Positions 39,901 to 52,822 are shown, counted from the whole stretch's first letter. The stretch is DNA of 61,578 nucleotides, filler included, from Squatina squatina (GCA_031763465.1; 4 parts of 4 records of this genome joined end to end with filler, not necessarily neighbours in it), one strand, 5' to 3'. Numbers and translations are program-made. Notes: generated from the sequence alone by a model not told the origin.

Positions 39901-40645
39901 TAATCCATTCATGTACAATATTTGGATGTAAAAATGATCTTGCTATTGACTTGCCCATATGTACTATTTATACTTTGTTCTGTTTCCTGAAAAATATCTT
40001 TAATTAATTTTGCTTTACTTAGCAGATCTCCCCACTCCTTCACTGTTGAAACTCAATACATCTAAACCTGTGAATGTGGTTTGCCAGGATTAAGTCCACC
40101 ACATTCTTTCTCATTTCGCAATGGAATTGCTCCTTCCTCTGTTTTTGTAGCTGAGGCTATGTTTGCTCTATCAGAAATCTAATCCAGTTTCAATCTCGGT
40201 CTCCATTTTCCATATGCCTTAAGCGTGTGTATTGTGGCGTTGAAATGGGAAACGAGTGAGGCGAAACAGTGTTCAAATGTGCAGTGAACAACCCTGATAT
40301 ACCACTTCTGTTCTACTCTCTTTAAAAATCAGCACTTCCTCCAAAAACTTCAATAGCTAAAATGTAAATCAGAATAATTGTTATCCTGAAGTAGGTGAGA
40401 TTAAATTGGAAAATCCATTTCTGGGAAGGAATCGGTTCTGCTAATGAGCAGCCTAATATGTAAAAATCCATATCAACTGCCTTATACAAATTCAGCGTTG
40501 TCCATGTNNNNNNNNNNNNNNNNNNNNNNNNNNNNNNNNNNNNNNNNNNNNNNNNNNNNNNNNNNNNNNNNNNNNNNNNNNNNNNNNNNNNNNNNNNNNN
40601 NNNNNNNTTTGTGCTTAATTTCACTTTGTTTTATCTCCATCACAG

Positions 40646-40855
40646 AACCTGAAGACGGCTGATAATGATCCAACTGCTCCTCCTTATGACTCGCTTTTGG
40701 TATTTGATTATGAAGGTGGTGGTTCAGAGGCAGAATCTTTGAGCTCAGTGAACTCGTCCAATAACTCGGATGTAGACCAGGACTATGACCACTTGAACAA
40801 CTGGGGTCCACGCTTCAGGAAACTTGCTGAGATGTACGGCGGTGGGGAAGAATGA
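40646..40855 (+). CDS. CDH1: Type I classical cadherin (E-cadherin-like) last exon, beta-catenin-binding tail
   Basis: Acceptor tctccatcacag; [34 protein letters not shown]...[17 protein letters not shown]; family is clear, CDH1 versus CDH3 less so. Confidence 0.75.
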   Translation, partial: NLKTADNDPTAPPYDSLLVFDYEGGGSEAESLSSVNSSNNSDVDQDYDHLNNWGPRFRKLAEMYGGGEE

Positions 40856-41432
40856 GCCTATGGCATTACACAGCCATTTTAGAGACTTGCTTTTTTAACC
40901 ACTACAAACGATTAAAAGCAATGAGAGTGGAGCACATACTGGGGAATGGGTACATGGCACTATTTGGTGGTAGGGTGGGGGCAAACTGAAATTATATTCA
41001 ACTGATCTTGCATTGTAGCTTGAAAGCAAGTTACTAAATTGCCACAAAAGTTTAGATGAATTCTGAGCTAGTCAGCATGGTCCATTGCCTGGAGAGCTAT
41101 ATTTCCACTCATCCATGACTTTCATTTGAATTTTCCAGAAGTGTAAATGAGCCAAAGGTTATTCAATTTGATATATTCCTAGTAAACTCTTTTCCTGTAG
41201 ACACTTTTCCTGTTCTAGCATCCTACTACTGAAATAATCATCATCTGCAGCATAATTTTTTTTCTTTGAATAAGAGACTTAATGTGAAGAATTTAGGAAT
41301 GCTGTAATACATTATAAAGTAGTGTTATTTTAGTTTTTTATATATTTTATATATATATTGCTTTTGAAAGATCTACAAATCCAATGTTCAATTGAAATCC
41401 TTAATTCATTTCAGCCATTGGCAGAGTTTGGA

Positions 41433-41434
<2 letters not shown>

Positions 41435-41482
<48 letters not shown>
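41435..41482 (+). repeat. (GT)24 microsatellite in the probable cadherin 3' UTR
   Basis: Perfect dinucleotide run; AATAAA signals follow at about 41647 and 41662. Confidence 0.95.
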
Positions 41483-41485
<3 letters not shown>

Positions 41486-43685
41486 GCTTTTAAAGACATT
41501 GTGGAATCAAATTATTGCAGCTACTGGCCAAAATTGCTTTAAGTTGATAGCACATGCATTCTCAGGAAATGTTCATTTAGGAGCTTTTAAGAAAAGCCAA
41601 ACTTGTTTTACCCTCTTTTTATATACTAGCGCCTTATGTAGTCAAAAATAAAATCCAAAGGAATAAAGTTTTTTTATTTTATACCAAGGGTTTGAAGCCT
41701 GGTCTTGTGATTGACAAGTAACCTTCGTGTTGCTTGACTGAATTGAAATCCTGCATTTTGTGTAAGAAGGTAGTTTAACTACTGTACAGTTTTATATTGA
41801 TTGGAAACTGTTGCAGTAGATGCATATTTAAGCACAAATGTGTTTTATATGGATCGTGTTACTAATCCATAATTGTAAACATCATTGTCTAATAGATTGG
41901 TACTGTAATCAAAATTCTCAGGTTATATCTCCAGCATTATATACAATGGGGAGGAGATGGGATACATTTGGAACAGCATTCGAGAGTCCAAAATATAGGT
42001 TCTTCAAATTTTAAATTATCCTAACTGAAAGAGATTCTTGTGTGAGCAAGAAGCCTGCACTCGAGATTCTGATGCCTACTGAATGCATATAGCCCCCAGC
42101 TAGGCTTAGATTGACATGCATCAGATGGCATTCCTACTCACTGTTGTTGTAGATCCTGTACATCCTCTCTTCTTTCACCCACGTTCTCCTTTTTCAACAC
42201 CCCTGCCGGGGGGGGGGGGGNNNNNNNNNNNNNNNNNNNNNNNNNNNNNNNNNNNNNNNNNNNNNNNNNNNNNNNNNNNNNNNNNNNNNNNNNNNNNNNN
42301 NNNNNNNNNNNNNNNNNNNNAGGTGATCTGTGGGATCCTGACAGGAGATCTTGGCCCGGAGTTTCCATTCGGTTGAGCTGTCTTTCTCGGAATCGGCCAA
42401 ACCAATGCAAAAGGTCGAGAAATTTCAAGTGCAAATTACATTCAGCGCAAATCGAGTTTCTGCAATCTTTTGCGCCAGTCTAAAAATCATTGCATTAGAA
42501 GCCGGCCCCGCTCACAAAACTGGCCACACCCCCTGATCAAATTCGCTACCATTGCGAGTTTGCGCTAATTGCACCTGTTTGCGGCCCTTCAAGGAGGCTC
42601 TTAAATAACTGAGGATTTAAAATCAGAGAAAGTTGCTAAACTGGACAATGGTATTGGGTTACAGGTGTTAAAGGTACAATCAATTAACTAATTCAACAAA
42701 ATGCCAACAGCCACTTAGAAAGGACATTAATGAAGAACTGCTGTTGTGGCCCCAACGCAGTATTTAAGACACTACACTGGATTAGATTGCATAAAATAAC
42801 AAGAAAGACAGTATATTCTGGGATTTTTGAAAAGTAATTAAGGAAAACTGGAGCAGCTAAAGAATATTGTGGATTTAACATGAACACAACAAGCTATTCT
42901 TCTTAAAGTAGATAATGGGAAACACAGAAAAATACATACTGATTCATGTATTTATGTAAAGCATTTGACTGAGTGGCTGGTGATTAAATAGGTATTGTTT
43001 TATGGGAATAATGAATAAAAATGGAATGAATGGATGCCATTTTTCAGATACTTTGCCCATTTTTACGCAGAAAAGAACTAGATACGAGTGGCTTAAAGGG
43101 GTTAGTTTCTCAGGACAGTCCTATGTTGGGATACAAGATCACAGATGAAAGGTGGTTAATAGGCTAACCGGAAGTTGTTTTTTTTCTCCCCCAGAGGGCT
43201 TTACAGTGAAGAAGGAGGTGGACAGATTTCAGGATGAACAAGTGACCAGAGTTGGAGGAATGCAGAGAGCTCCAGGAGTTGTAGATCTGAAGAAGAGACA
43301 GGGAGGGGTGAGACCATGAAGGGATTTGAACTTGAAGGTGAAAATTTTAGACTCGAGGTATTGGCGGGTTGGGAGCCAATCAGCAAGATCAAGAGTGATG
43401 GGTGTGCACATTGACACGGTCAATATTCACTTTTTGCCTTAAATTTCCAATTCTAATGATAATCATAAGGAAGTTAGGTATCCCTTTCACCCAGACAAAG
43501 AGAATTTAAAAGACAGTGAAAATTCAGCAGGTAATACTTATTTTGACAAAAATGAAAGACATGATGTGCGCCTGTCGCTCAGGTGCCGACACGTATGACC
43601 ATAGAACTCAAAGAGGATTATGCAAAATTTTAAAGGGAAATGCAGGTTTAAAGTTTCTCGGGCGCTCACACACAATTTAACTGAC

Positions 43686-43769
43686 CATGCATGTAGAAAA
43701 GCACGGACATAGTAATTCCGGGTCAAAGGGCCAAACAATCTCACAACAGCTGCCAGGAAGCGCTGACCC
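43686..43769 (-). CDS. CYBA: Cytochrome b-245 light chain (p22phox) exon 4 (84 bp)
   Basis: catctag/GTCAGT boundaries; [27 protein letters not shown]. Confidence 0.92.
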
Positions 43770-44002
43770 CTAGATGCAAATAAGAAAGATGAATAAAATT
43801 ATCAGCAAATAAAGCAATATTTCAATTGGCTTATTTTAATAAACTTTCTTTTCATTATTTCTATTCCCCTCCTGCAGTTTGATCATTTTTTGCACCAACA
43901 CAACTGTTTTCATTCAAGTAAATGATTTACTCAAATAGTTAGTCACTTTTTTAATGCTTAACTTCTCTATCACTCCCACTTCTCTATTTATAATTTACTT
44001 AC

Positions 44003-44077
44003 GGTCTCTCCATGGTCGTTCCCTTTCTCCTCTTCCCTCTTGGGTATTCCAATAACATTACGAAAACTCCTGCAGCA
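44003..44077 (-). CDS. CYBA: p22phox exon 3 (75 bp)
   Basis: actcag/GTAAGT boundaries; [24 protein letters not shown]; in phase with the 84-bp exon; not in the ORF track. Confidence 0.92.
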
Positions 44078-44188
44078 CTGAGTATCTCGAGTTAAAGAAA
44101 AAAAATCAAAACCACAATGATTCAGCATGTGCTATCCTTTTATGGAGACAGCACTTCTTTCTTTACTTGCATAGCCTGGTTTCATGAC

Positions 44189-44264
44189 CTTCAAAATGCA
44201 CCAAACTAGAAAGATTACTTGCTCAATCTTCAAAACACATCAAACTAGAAAGATTACTTGCTCA
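44189..44264 (+). repeat. 39-bp tandem duplication
   Basis: CTTCAAAA..CA.CAAACTAGAAAGATTACTTGCTCA x2. Confidence 0.8.
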
Positions 44265-44272
44265 CAAAACAC

Positions 44273-44382
44273 AAAAGCTAAATACTGCAGATTGGAATCT
44301 AGAATACAAACAAAAAATGCTGGAAAAACTCAGGTCAGGCAGCATCTGTGGAGAGAAAAACAGATGCAACGTTTCGGGTCGA
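44273..44382 (-). mobile_element. Penelope-like element terminal repeat fragment
   Basis: Minus strand reads acccgaaacgttgcatctgtttttctctccacagatgctgcctgacctgag; related copy at 55738-55806. Confidence 0.55.
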
Positions 44383-44482
44383 NNNNNNNNNNNNNNNNNN
44401 NNNNNNNNNNNNNNNNNNNNNNNNNNNNNNNNNNNNNNNNNNNNNNNNNNNNNNNNNNNNNNNNNNNNNNNNNNNNNNNNNN

Positions 44483-44649
44483 CGTTTGGAGATATCACAG
44501 AGATAGAAGATAGGGGGGAAGGTGTCGAGACATGTGGCATGAAACTGATTACTGTCCTTCATTGTTAACTGTCCAAAGATTTCAAAATCTCGCCGTTTGA
44601 TCGCTTCAATCATTTCCTTCATTCGTTTCGGAACAATTTCAGTACGATA
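44483..44649 (-). CDS. MVD: Mevalonate diphosphate decarboxylase exon, truncated by a gap
   Basis: Acceptor tctgtttttcag; [55 protein letters not shown]. Confidence 0.93.
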
Positions 44650-45518
44650 CTGAAAAACAGAAAATGCACATTCCCTTTCAGCCACTCAAGTCATCCACTT
44701 TCCATCACCTTCTTCCAATTGGGAAGCAAGAAAAACTCCAAACCCGTGTGTGATTTATAACACTGTTCCATGAACCCCACCACCACCAATCATCTCTACA
44801 AGGTGACAAATTCATTATCAGATCTTAAATCATTTGGTACAAGAATCAGTTTTCTTTTATCCTTCATTTCAGAGGTGCAGCATACTAAAACAATTAATTT
44901 TACCACCAGGACCCAATGGCTGAATCCGGACCGGAATAAATGGTTGGAAATGATCTCTCTTGTGGCTGCAAGGTCCTAAGTGATGTTGGCCCAGGTGCTA
45001 GCAGATTTATTGAATGCAATTTCACAATTGTCATGGTGAAATTTGAGCTCGTGTTCTCTGGGTTGCCAGTGCAGTAGCATAATCATGACATTACCGTAAC
45101 CATCAGTCATCTATGGTTCCTATCTTTAATTACTATTCAATGTGCCACCACTTTAACTTGTGTTGCATTAGGAGCTCACTAACCCCCACCCTTTTTAAAT
45201 GGCTCTTTCTTCTGTTAGGTAATTTACACCAAGTTTCCTTTCAAATGATTTATTTTTTTTAATGCAGAGCATTGTGAGGCTGTGGAATGCACTACCAGAG
45301 TTAGTGACTGTAGCAGAGGTCGTGCCCACATTTAAGACTAGGTTAGATAAGTGGTCGAAAGAAAGGGGGGCAAAGTGATATGGGAACAAGGCGAGCACAT
45401 GGGATTAGGACTGCTAGCATGGAGGACTAAACCAATATGGACTGACTGAGCATAACAGCCATTAGCTTTGTTATAATTTTTTTAATGTAATTCTAGGTTT
45501 ACAAAAAATTACTGATGC

Positions 45519-45618
45519 NNNNNNNNNNNNNNNNNNNNNNNNNNNNNNNNNNNNNNNNNNNNTTAATTAATTAANNNNNNNNNNNNNNNNNNNNNNNNNN
45601 NNNNNNNNNNNNNNNNNN
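45519..45618. other. Artificial scaffold linker
   Basis: 44N-TTAATTAATTAA(45563-45574)-44N. Confidence 0.97.
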
Positions 45619-48329
45619 GCATTGCCTTTAACCTTTTTCCTTTGTTGAGCCAGATGTAGATTTTTTTTTTAAATAGTCGTATTTTTATTACGTGCGATAA
45701 ACTTGGCGAGGGGTGACGGAGAAAGTTTCAGTGACAGCCCAACATAACTGAGACCAAAGGGAAAGAGTTTTTAAGTTTTTAGCAAAGGTGACCGAACCGT
45801 TGCTTTCCAATAATACTGTTTGCAATTACTGTTGCTGTCACAATATACCATATTGTTAGTTGTATCCATAAACCACTGCTAATACATTGTAATAAATTAA
45901 CATATTTGTAAATGCACTGCACCTGTTCTTGATAACTCATTTGAAGAATATTTTTGTAATTTTATTTTACTTTTGAGAGTAATAATCTGTATTTCCTAGG
46001 TTTGCAGGAAGAAGCCCTTTTCAGATGTCTATAAGACACAGTATACAACCGTCCCATCCTGCAATATTCCCAAGTCAGCTCGGTCAACAACAACCTGTAT
46101 TTATATAGCGCCTTTAACATAGTAAAACGTCCAATGGCGCTTCACAGGAGAGATTATCAAACAAAGTTTGCCACGGAGCCACATAAGGAGATACTGGGAN
46201 NNNNNNNNNNNNNNNNNNNNNNNNNNNNNNNNNNNNNNNNNNNNNNNNNNNNNNNNNNNNNNNNNNNNNNNNNNNNNNNNNNNNNNNNNNNNNNNNNNNT
46301 GCTGGGGGGGCAAATAGAGCTGCCGTGACTGAGACCGGTCGATGTTTTTTTAGCTAAAGGTGTCAAGGGATATGGTGCAAAGGCAAAGATCGGCCATGAT
46401 CTGATTGAACGGCAGCACAGGCTCGAGGGGCCAAACGGCCTCCTCCTCTTCCTGTCTACATCTCCACCAATCCTGTCCACACCCTCTAAGGATTGCTGAG
46501 CAGGTCCTGTTTCACCCACTTCCGCTGGTTGACGCAAAGCAGAAATCTTTGCTTCTGAATTTACAAATTTTGCAAATTGACTATTTTTATCTCCATAATA
46601 CAGAAATCCTAATGCAGGCATAACATTCTTTGGAAAATCAGCTATGCATTCATCAGGACTCAATGATAATTAAGCAGGGGAAATGCAGAGCAACAGAACT
46701 CCACTTTCTTAAATTAATGAAAATGGTAATGGTCACTATTAGTGACAGAAATATTAGTTAATCAGTGATGAAGATTAAACCCCTTCCCTTCAGTTAACTA
46801 TTGTCCCATCGATTATCTTAATTCTGCTCAGAGGAATGAAGCCTGCAGTTCATAAAGCATTCTGATCAAGGCAGAGCGTCGAACCAGAAGAAAACCAATT
46901 GATCAGCTCTGCTGCATATAAGACCATTATTAAGATGAATGAAGCTATTGATTATTCTCGGTAACGTTTGCAAAATGAAATAAAAATCCAAGCAATTACT
47001 ATTCACTTTAAGATCACTTAGTTAATCATGGGTAAAGCACGCAAGTGCCCTGTGATTCGATGCCATCACCTTCAAAGGTACCTGGTGCCTTCTGAGGTGA
47101 GTAATTTAGCCGCTCGAAATACAAATATGATTGATTCACCTTTGATAGCTGCAACTTCTTAAGGATTTTGTGGNNNNNNNNNNNNNNNNNNNNNNNNNNN
47201 NNNNNNNNNNNNNNNNNNNNNNNNNNNNNNNNNNNNNNNNNNNNNNNNNNNNNNNNNNNNNNNNNNNNNNNNNTGTACATCAGGCAGGTAGCCAACGCAT
47301 TGCCTAGTCCACATCCTTATGCAACCCATCAGAACGGACCGATAAAATGTTATCGAGGATGAGAAGTAGGACACACAGGATAAAAATAAGAAAACTCTCG
47401 CAGAGAATGAAGCCATGTATTTTTAATGACTCGCTCTCTGATGTGTCCTTTTTATTTTGGAGCCCACGATTACCTTGTTATTGTTTCCGAAGCTTTGATT
47501 GTTTCCTATTAACTTGTTCCGCCATCTAATGGTCATTGTTTCTCCAAGTTAGCAGTTTCAGGTAATCAGTTTTGCCAGGAATATCTTTTCTGTTTCATGG
47601 CCCCTCCATTTTTGTGATGGATAGAGGAAATAATTGAACATCTTTTTTCCTAAAGGTTCATAGGGACTGCAGATGCCTGCGATTTGCATTTGCATAAGAT
47701 TGTACTAAACTCAGGGTGTTAAAGTGTGAGGGGAGGTCTATGTGTCTGAGGAACACTTTGCCAATCCAATAATTTGAGTAAAATGGATCACATAGATGAG
47801 GGAATTACATAGAATTTTTAAATTCATTCACGGGATGTGAGTGTCACTGATGGTCACAGCATTTATTGCCAATCCCTAGTTGGCCNNNNNNNNNNNNNNN
47901 NNNNNNNNNNNNNNNNNNNNNNNNNNNNNNNNNNNNNNNNNNNNNNNNNNNNNNNNNNNNNNNNNNNNNNNNNNNNNNNNNNNNNTACGATTTTGCTAAT
48001 GTATAACCGTTGCAGTTTCTGAGCAGTAATTTAACAGTTGTAATATTAAGGCTCTGAGTAATGAGGATGAATTTGAATTGTTGTATAGACCTTGTAAAAT
48101 ATTTATTTTTGACACTTTAGAGCACAAATTGTGCAGTTTCCTGTCATTGCTGCTAAATTAAATCTTCTGGGCTGTGTTTTATATTGCTCTCATGACGAGT
48201 ATCCGACTTTAAGCAACAGAGTATTCATAGCCCGTCAGTCTTTGCAGTCTTGTCTTGCATGGGTTTTATTAAGAAATATAAGGAAAGGGAAGGCTATGCA
48301 GGATCCCACCAAAATGTAAAAGTGTAAGA

Positions 48330-48580
48330 GCACTGATTTAAGGTGATTGGCAAAAGAACCAAAGGCGCCATGAGAAAAACCTTTTTATGCAGCGAATTGT
48401 TGTGATCTGGAATGCGCTGCCTGAAAGGGCAGTCAAAACAGATTCAGTAGTAACTCTCAAAAGGGAATTGGATAAATACTTGAATGGATTTTTTTTTCAG
48501 GGCTGTGGGGAAAGAGCTGAGGAGTGGGATTAATTGGATAGCTCTGCAAAAGAGCTGGTACAGTCATGATGGGCTGAATG
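48330..48580 (+). mobile_element. CR1 LINE 3' end
   Basis: tttaaggtgattggcaaaagaacc...gatctggaatgcgctgcctgaaaggg; same family as 25880-26165. Confidence 0.75.
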
Positions 48581-48680
48581 NNNNNNNNNNNNNNNNNNNN
48601 NNNNNNNNNNNNNNNNNNNNNNNNNNNNNNNNNNNNNNNNNNNNNNNNNNNNNNNNNNNNNNNNNNNNNNNNNNNNNNNN

Positions 48681-49232
48681 CCGTAGAGGAGGAGATAGAG
48701 GTGGAGAGGATTAGGGAGGGAATTCCACAGCTTAGGCACGGCCGTTAATGGTGGAGCGATTATAATCGGGGATGTTCAAGAGGCCAGAATTGAAGGAGGG
48801 CAGAGATCTCGGGGGGTTGTAGGCAATGCACCCATTGAGCTGCATGGCTGCGCTGCTATCTGAAGCTCCCGTGCAACCTGCTCGCCGATTCTCAATGGAA
48901 AACCCGCACATGACCAGGAATTTGAATGGGCTGGGCAACCCCTTAAAGGGGCCCACACCCACATGAAATTACAGGGAACGTTGGTTGTCAGGCTGGAGGA
49001 GGTTTGGGTAGGGTGAGGCCACAGAGGGATTGGAACACAAGGAGAGGGCTTTTAAAATCGAAGCGTTGCTGGACCGAGAGCCCATGTAGGTTAGCGAGCA
49101 CAGGGGATGATGGGTAACAGGACTTGGCACGAGTTAGGATACATGGTAGTAGAGTTTTGGATGAGCTCAAGTTTGTGTTGGGAGGAGAGCCAGAAGAGCA
49201 TTGGAATACTTGAGTTTGGAGGTAACAAAGGC
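48681..49232 (-). mobile_element. L2-type LINE fragment interrupted by a MITE
   Basis: RAFVTSKLKYSNALLA...PVLANLHGLSVQQRFDFK. Confidence 0.7.
48824..48983 (-). mobile_element. hAT-type MITE (160 bp)
   Basis: Ends CAATGCACCC...GGGAACGTTG; flanks GTTGTAGG and GTTGT(C)AGG; inverted homologue of 52654-52822. Confidence 0.7.
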
Positions 49233-49300
49233 ACGGAGCATTGTGGTCACGGAGAATGGCAGTGAGCTATCTGACCTGTTCCCTTCCATTTTCTTTTCAG

Positions 49301-49498
49301 GGTCCAACCCGTCCTGAGCCGGATCAAGGAAGATCGGACTCGTATCATATTGCCAGCCATAGACAACATAAAATACAACACGTTTGAAGTGCAGCAATAC
49401 GCCAATGCAGCCCACGGCTACAACTGGGGATTGTGGTGCATGTACATAATCCCTCCACAGGAGTGGCTGGACAAGGGAGATGAGGCTGCACCCATCAG
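49301..49498 (+). CDS. GALNT9: Polypeptide GalNAc-transferase 9 exon (198 bp)
   Basis: ttttcttttcag/GTGAGA boundaries; VQPVLSRIKEDRTRIILPAIDNIKYNTFEVQQYANAAHGYNWGLWCMYIIPPQEWLDKGDEAAPI; not in the ORF track. Confidence 0.92.
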
Positions 49499-52400
49499 GT
49501 GAGAAACACTTCGCTTCCCTGGTTCCTACGCTTGGTAAGGCTGAGTTTGCACCAGGATTGAAGAGATGTGTGACCTCAGTTATGTGGATGGACTGGAGAA
49601 GCTGGGGTTGTTCTCTTTAGGGCAGAGAAGGTTAAGGGGAGATTTAATACAGGGTGTTCAAAATCATGAGGGGTTTTGATAGAGTAAATAAAGTGAAAGT
49701 GTTTCCAGTGGCAGGAGGGTCGGTANNNNNNNNNNNNNNNNNNNNNNNNNNNNNNNNNNNNNNNNNNNNNNNNNNNNNNNNNNNNNNNNNNNNNNNNNNN
49801 NNNNNNNNNNNNNNNNNNNNNNNNNAGGAACCATCAACAGCACTAACAAGCGGCACTTATTCACCAATAACCTGATCACTGATGCTCCGTTTGGGTTCTG
49901 CAACGATCTACCCACCGTCATAAGGTCAGGAAGGTAGAGCTGTTCTCTGATGATTATATAGTGTTCAACAGCATGCACTATTCCTCAAATAGTGAAGAAG
50001 TCCATGCCTACATACAGCAAGACCTGGGCAACAATCAGGTTTGGCAAGTAACATTCATGCCATTCAAGTGCCAGGCAATGCCCATGTCCAACAAGAGAGA
50101 GCCTATCTGCTTCCACTTGACATTGTGACACGAGGCCATACGCCCACGAGACCTGGTGGGAAAGGCCGTGTGGGATCACCCACTCATTCTCAATGAAGGG
50201 ACACACTGGTCAACTCTTTCATTTGAACATTATTGACACTGCACGGAATTAAATCAACAATGATGATGTGCCTTTTTTCACATATAAACTTCTCGACTGG
50301 AAACCAGTCCCTTTAGCATGTTTGATTTATTGTATTGGAACAGAAAACTGTAAGTAACAAAATCAAAAAAAAATTAATATATTATCATACTAAATGGTAC
50401 AATTTTAAAGGGGGTGCAGGGACAGAGAGACCTGGGGGTATGTACACAAATCTGTGGAGGTGGCAGGGCAGGTTGAGAAGGCTGTTAAAAAAAGTATACC
50501 GGATCCNNNNNNNNNNNNNNNNNNNNNNNNNNNNNNNNNNNNNNNNNNNNNNNNNNNNNNNNNNNNNNNNNNNNNNNNNNNNNNNNNNNNNNNNNNNNNN
50601 NNNNNNCTCCCTGTGGGAATGAGTTCCACATTCTCATCACTCTCTGGGTAAAGAGGTTTCTCCTGAATTCCCTATTGGGTTTATTAGTTCCCTCACTCTG
50701 CCAGTTACCAATTAACCTCCTAGTCTGTGGCCACTTCAGCCGCGAATCTTGCACAGCACAGCCAGTGATTTGTTTCTTCCCTTTGATGGTCTTGAGTCGG
50801 GGGTTGTCTCTCTGCTGGAAATATTTTTTGGAGCTTTTCCTACTCTCCGCTGCGAGCTAGACGTACGTCTGGTTGTGAAAGGGATAAATAGATAGAAAAA
50901 AGAAATACTTTCTTGTGGCTTTCTAAAGGCATTTCACAACCATTGAGTTCACTGTGTTATTGGGAAACATGACAGCCAGATTCCACTAGCAACAACAGCA
51001 GCACTTCAGGCTAGTGACACAAGGAGAGAGTTAGGATCAGTTTATACGATGCACATCCTTCGGCACAATTGATCCCATCTTCCACTTCCTGTTCCAGTAT
51101 GAAGCTGTTCCTTAAGCTGTTGCAGAAGGAGGCCATTCGGGCCATCGTACCTGTGCTGGCTCTTTGAGAGAGCTCTCCAGTTAGTCCCACTCCCCCCTGC
51201 TCTTGCCCATATCGCTGCATTCTTTTCCTTTTCAAGTATTTCTCCAATTCCCTTTTGAAAGTNNNNNNNNNNNNCCGCCCTTTCAGGCAGCGCGTTCCAG
51301 ATCACAACAACTCACTACATTAAAAAAAAATGAAGGATTCACCTCCTCTCCCCCTCTAGTTCTTTTGCCGATTTCCTTCAATCTGTGTCCTCTGGTTACC
51401 GACCCTCCCACCACTGGAAACAGTTTCTCCTTATTTACTCGATCAAAACCTTTTGAACATGATGTTATCCGTTCTCAATATTTTGTGATAATGATACTGG
51501 GTAAGTATGTGCTGAGATAATATCATTGGCATTTCCTAGCCTGCCCCTCAGTTGTCAGGCTTAATGAAAACCGTCCTGAAGCGATTACTATGAATCCCGA
51601 GCTCAAAGACAAGCCAGTTTGCAGCTTGTTACTCGTTGTGGCATAAGGTCGACAGCTACAGGGCTTACAGATTGAAAATGAAAGCCAACTCATGTAGCAC
51701 ATCCCCCCCACCGCCGGAGCCTCTTGTGGGATGATGGATAATGAAGCGAAAGGAATGGAAAAACAAGGCCCTGACCGCGGGGGGGGGGGGGGGGGGGGGG
51801 CGGGGGGGGNNNNNNNNNNNNNNNNNNNNNNNNNNNNNNNNNNNNNNNNNNNNNNNNNNNNNNNNNNNNNNNNNNNNNNNNNNNNNNNNNNNNNNNNNNN
51901 NNNNNNNNNACGCCCCCACCCCCACCCAGTTGTCCAATTCTGGCCTCTTGCGCATACCCAATTCACCTTCACTCCGCCACTGGCTGCCTGGGCCCCAAGC
52001 TCTGGAACTCCATCCCTAGAACTCTCTCTGTCATTAAGTGGCTCAAAACTGCCTCTTTGGCCAACCTTTTGGTCACCTGCCCCAATTTGTGGCTGGGTGT
52101 CAAATTTTGTCTGAAGCGCCTTGGGGTGTTTTATCATGTAAAAGGGGCTATATAAATGCCAGTTGTTGTTGAGTCAACATGCCCAGTGGAGAACGGAGCA
52201 GGAGGGGGCGGGAAATTGGGAATAAAAGACCAAACTCACTGTGCAGGCTTTTGATTACCTCCCATTAGGGAAGTAGCAATGTTTTACGGTACTGGGCTAC
52301 AATCCCAGAAGCTGAGAGTTCGAACCTGCCATGACAAGGTATAGATGTGAACTCAATAAATCCGGTACTTTGTACACGGTCATAAAAACTGGTTCATTGA

Positions 52401-52653
52401 CCCTCCTCGTACTTCTAGAGTGGAGCAGCAAGCTGCACAGTTGCACAAGCAATCGCTATGAAGCATCATAATGAGTCTAAGAGTCGCCTTAGATTCGTTA
52501 TCTGATCCCTTCAGGAAAGAGTGAACAGGCTGTGTGGCTCTTTTCTCTAGAAAAGAGAAGACTGAGGGGTGACGGAGGTCTTTAAAATGACTGGGCAGAT
52601 GTAGAGAAAATGTTTCCACTTGCGGGGGGAATCCAAAAACCAGGGGTTGTAAA

Positions 52654-52822
52654 CATTGTTCCCTGTAATTTTTTGGGGGGTGCAATGCGGCCCCTTTAAC
52701 GGGCTGTGCAGTCCATTTCAAAATACTGCGCGCGCGCATTTTCTTTCCATTTAAAAGCCGGCAAGCTACCAGTGCGGGGCCTTCGGAGAGCTACGAGGCC
52801 ATGCAGCTTAAAGGAAACATTG
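52654..52822 (+). mobile_element. hAT-type MITE (169 bp) inserted in a CR1 3' fragment (about 52505-52933)
   Basis: TIRs CATTGTTCCCTGTAA / TTAAAGGAAACATTG (12/15 match); 8-bp TSD GTTGTAAA / GTCATAAA. Confidence 0.78.

Noticed and set aside
13102-45518. Compact operon-like cluster or fusion gene from densely packed exons of different genes
   Set aside because: Each gene sits on separate contigs joined by placeholder gaps, so the density is an assembly artefact
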